Below are positions 63,152-64,000 of a stretch of DNA of 64,000 nt, one piece after another; the stretch's first letter is position 1, and each line of letters opens with the position of its first letter. This DNA is from Cyanidioschyzon merolae (lineage: Eukaryota): the NCBI GenBank assembly GCA_000091205.1, contig AP006492.2. One strand, written 5' to 3'. A model generated the notes under the pieces. The model ran no database searches and was not told where the DNA came from. It saw only the letters and a program-made list of their open reading frames with translations. Both the position numbers and the translations under genes were made by a program.

Positions 63152-64000
63152 GCCCAAACAGAGAACGTAGATGGAAATGTTGCGTTTGCCAGGCAGTAAG
63201 TGCGCAACCACCCGAGATAAAACCAGGGCGTGACCCGATGCCGTAGACCAGTGGCAGCGCCGGCGAGTACCGCCGTCTCGACTGACAGTCTTGTTCTGTA
63301 AAAGGCCAGGACCCCAGACCAATTAGGCGAAAAGGTGCAGGTAGGGATCAACTTCTAAGGAAGATAGCCACTCGAAACTTTCTGGCTCCACACTGGCTAT
63401 GTCGTACTGATGTATGCCGATAGTTTATGAGGCTTTGCAAGTAGGTTGCACGCAGATTTCAAATGAACTGTGCTCTACCAAGGCACGTCTATAGTTCATG
63501 AAGCGTTACCAGCAAACAGTAGGCACTCTGACTCCAATCTAACTGTCCGACGCTTAGGTACGTATGTGAATCTTGCGTCCTCGCAAGCAGTAGGCACTCC
63601 CTGTGTAGCTGCTGCCAGCTCAAGTCCAGCATATACCACCCAAATAGCGTCCCTGCACGGAAACGCAAACCATACGAAACCTATGCCTCATTGAACGTAT
63701 CTGTCAGTCGAACGACCATGCCTCAGTTGCCTTCGGGCACAGACTCCTGCCCTCCTGAGCACTGGGGAGACACACACACACAGGATCCCTCAAGTCTCTC
63801 ACTTGCGTGCTGCTCTCAGTGCCGCTGCGGCCTCCTGCAACCGTTCCGCCCAACGCGTTCGTTGGTCCCGCTCCAGTCCAGACCAGTAACCCATCGGTCG
63901 ACTTTCTAAAGCAAATCCGTTCCACTATGGTCTTATTCAGCAGTGTTCGTCGCCACTCGTCTGGTGACTAGTGCTGCCGCTACGAACACCCGGGCGACGC

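Noticed and set aside
1-64000. Prokaryotic interpretation of the window (EttA, NuoD, Omp85, DesC-like desaturase, ChaC and NifU all have close bacterial counterparts)
   Set aside because: The same window encodes eukaryote-specific proteins (mitochondrial-type cytochrome c, Mo25, UTP18, COG4, GET4, actin-related protein, homeodomain, MBD, cytoplasmic-type AspRS). The bacterial-type proteins carry N-terminal targeting extensions. Gene spacing of about 3 kb with microsatellites and minisatellites is eukaryotic.

Overview
The window reads as nuclear DNA from a GC-rich (roughly 55% by eye), intron-poor eukaryote, not a prokaryote. Alongside a few bacterial-looking genes (EttA-type ABC-F, NuoD/NDUFS2, Omp85) sit unambiguously eukaryotic ones: mitochondrial cytochrome c, Mo25/CAB39, UTP18, COG4, GET4, an actin-related protein and a homeobox/MBD protein. 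About 19 genes are recognisable as single uninterrupted ORFs on both strands, roughly one per 3 kb. Housekeeping content: Delta-9 desaturase, Omp85/Toc75-like barrel, NFU1, UTP18, Mo25, DUS1L, NDUFS2, cytochrome c, GET4, ABC-F, a sucrose-phosphatase-like HAD protein, Asp-tRNA ligase, COG4, ChaC, a 5'(3')-deoxyribonucleotidase-like HAD and a short ARP. The provided ORF track starts ORFs at GTG/TTG as well as ATG (for example cytochrome c, AspRS and NFU1 begin at GTG), so several CDS starts below are moved to the first in-frame ATG. Intergenic space carries at least four dispersed repeat families and three tandem minisatellites plus several microsatellites. The repeat families are a near-identical 738-bp inverted pair about 51 kb apart, a diverged roughly 1-kb family adjacent to each of those copies, and two short SINE/MITE-sized families with three copies each. 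The minisatellites have periods of 69, 80 and 74 bp. I found no tRNA, rRNA or CRISPR. Speculative lineage inference: nuclear nad7/NDUFS2, a Toc75-like Omp85 with a poly-Gly stretch in its N-terminal extension and an EttA-type ABC-F with a transit-peptide-like extension point to a plastid-bearing, nearly intronless alga (red-alga-like). This cannot be confirmed without database searches.
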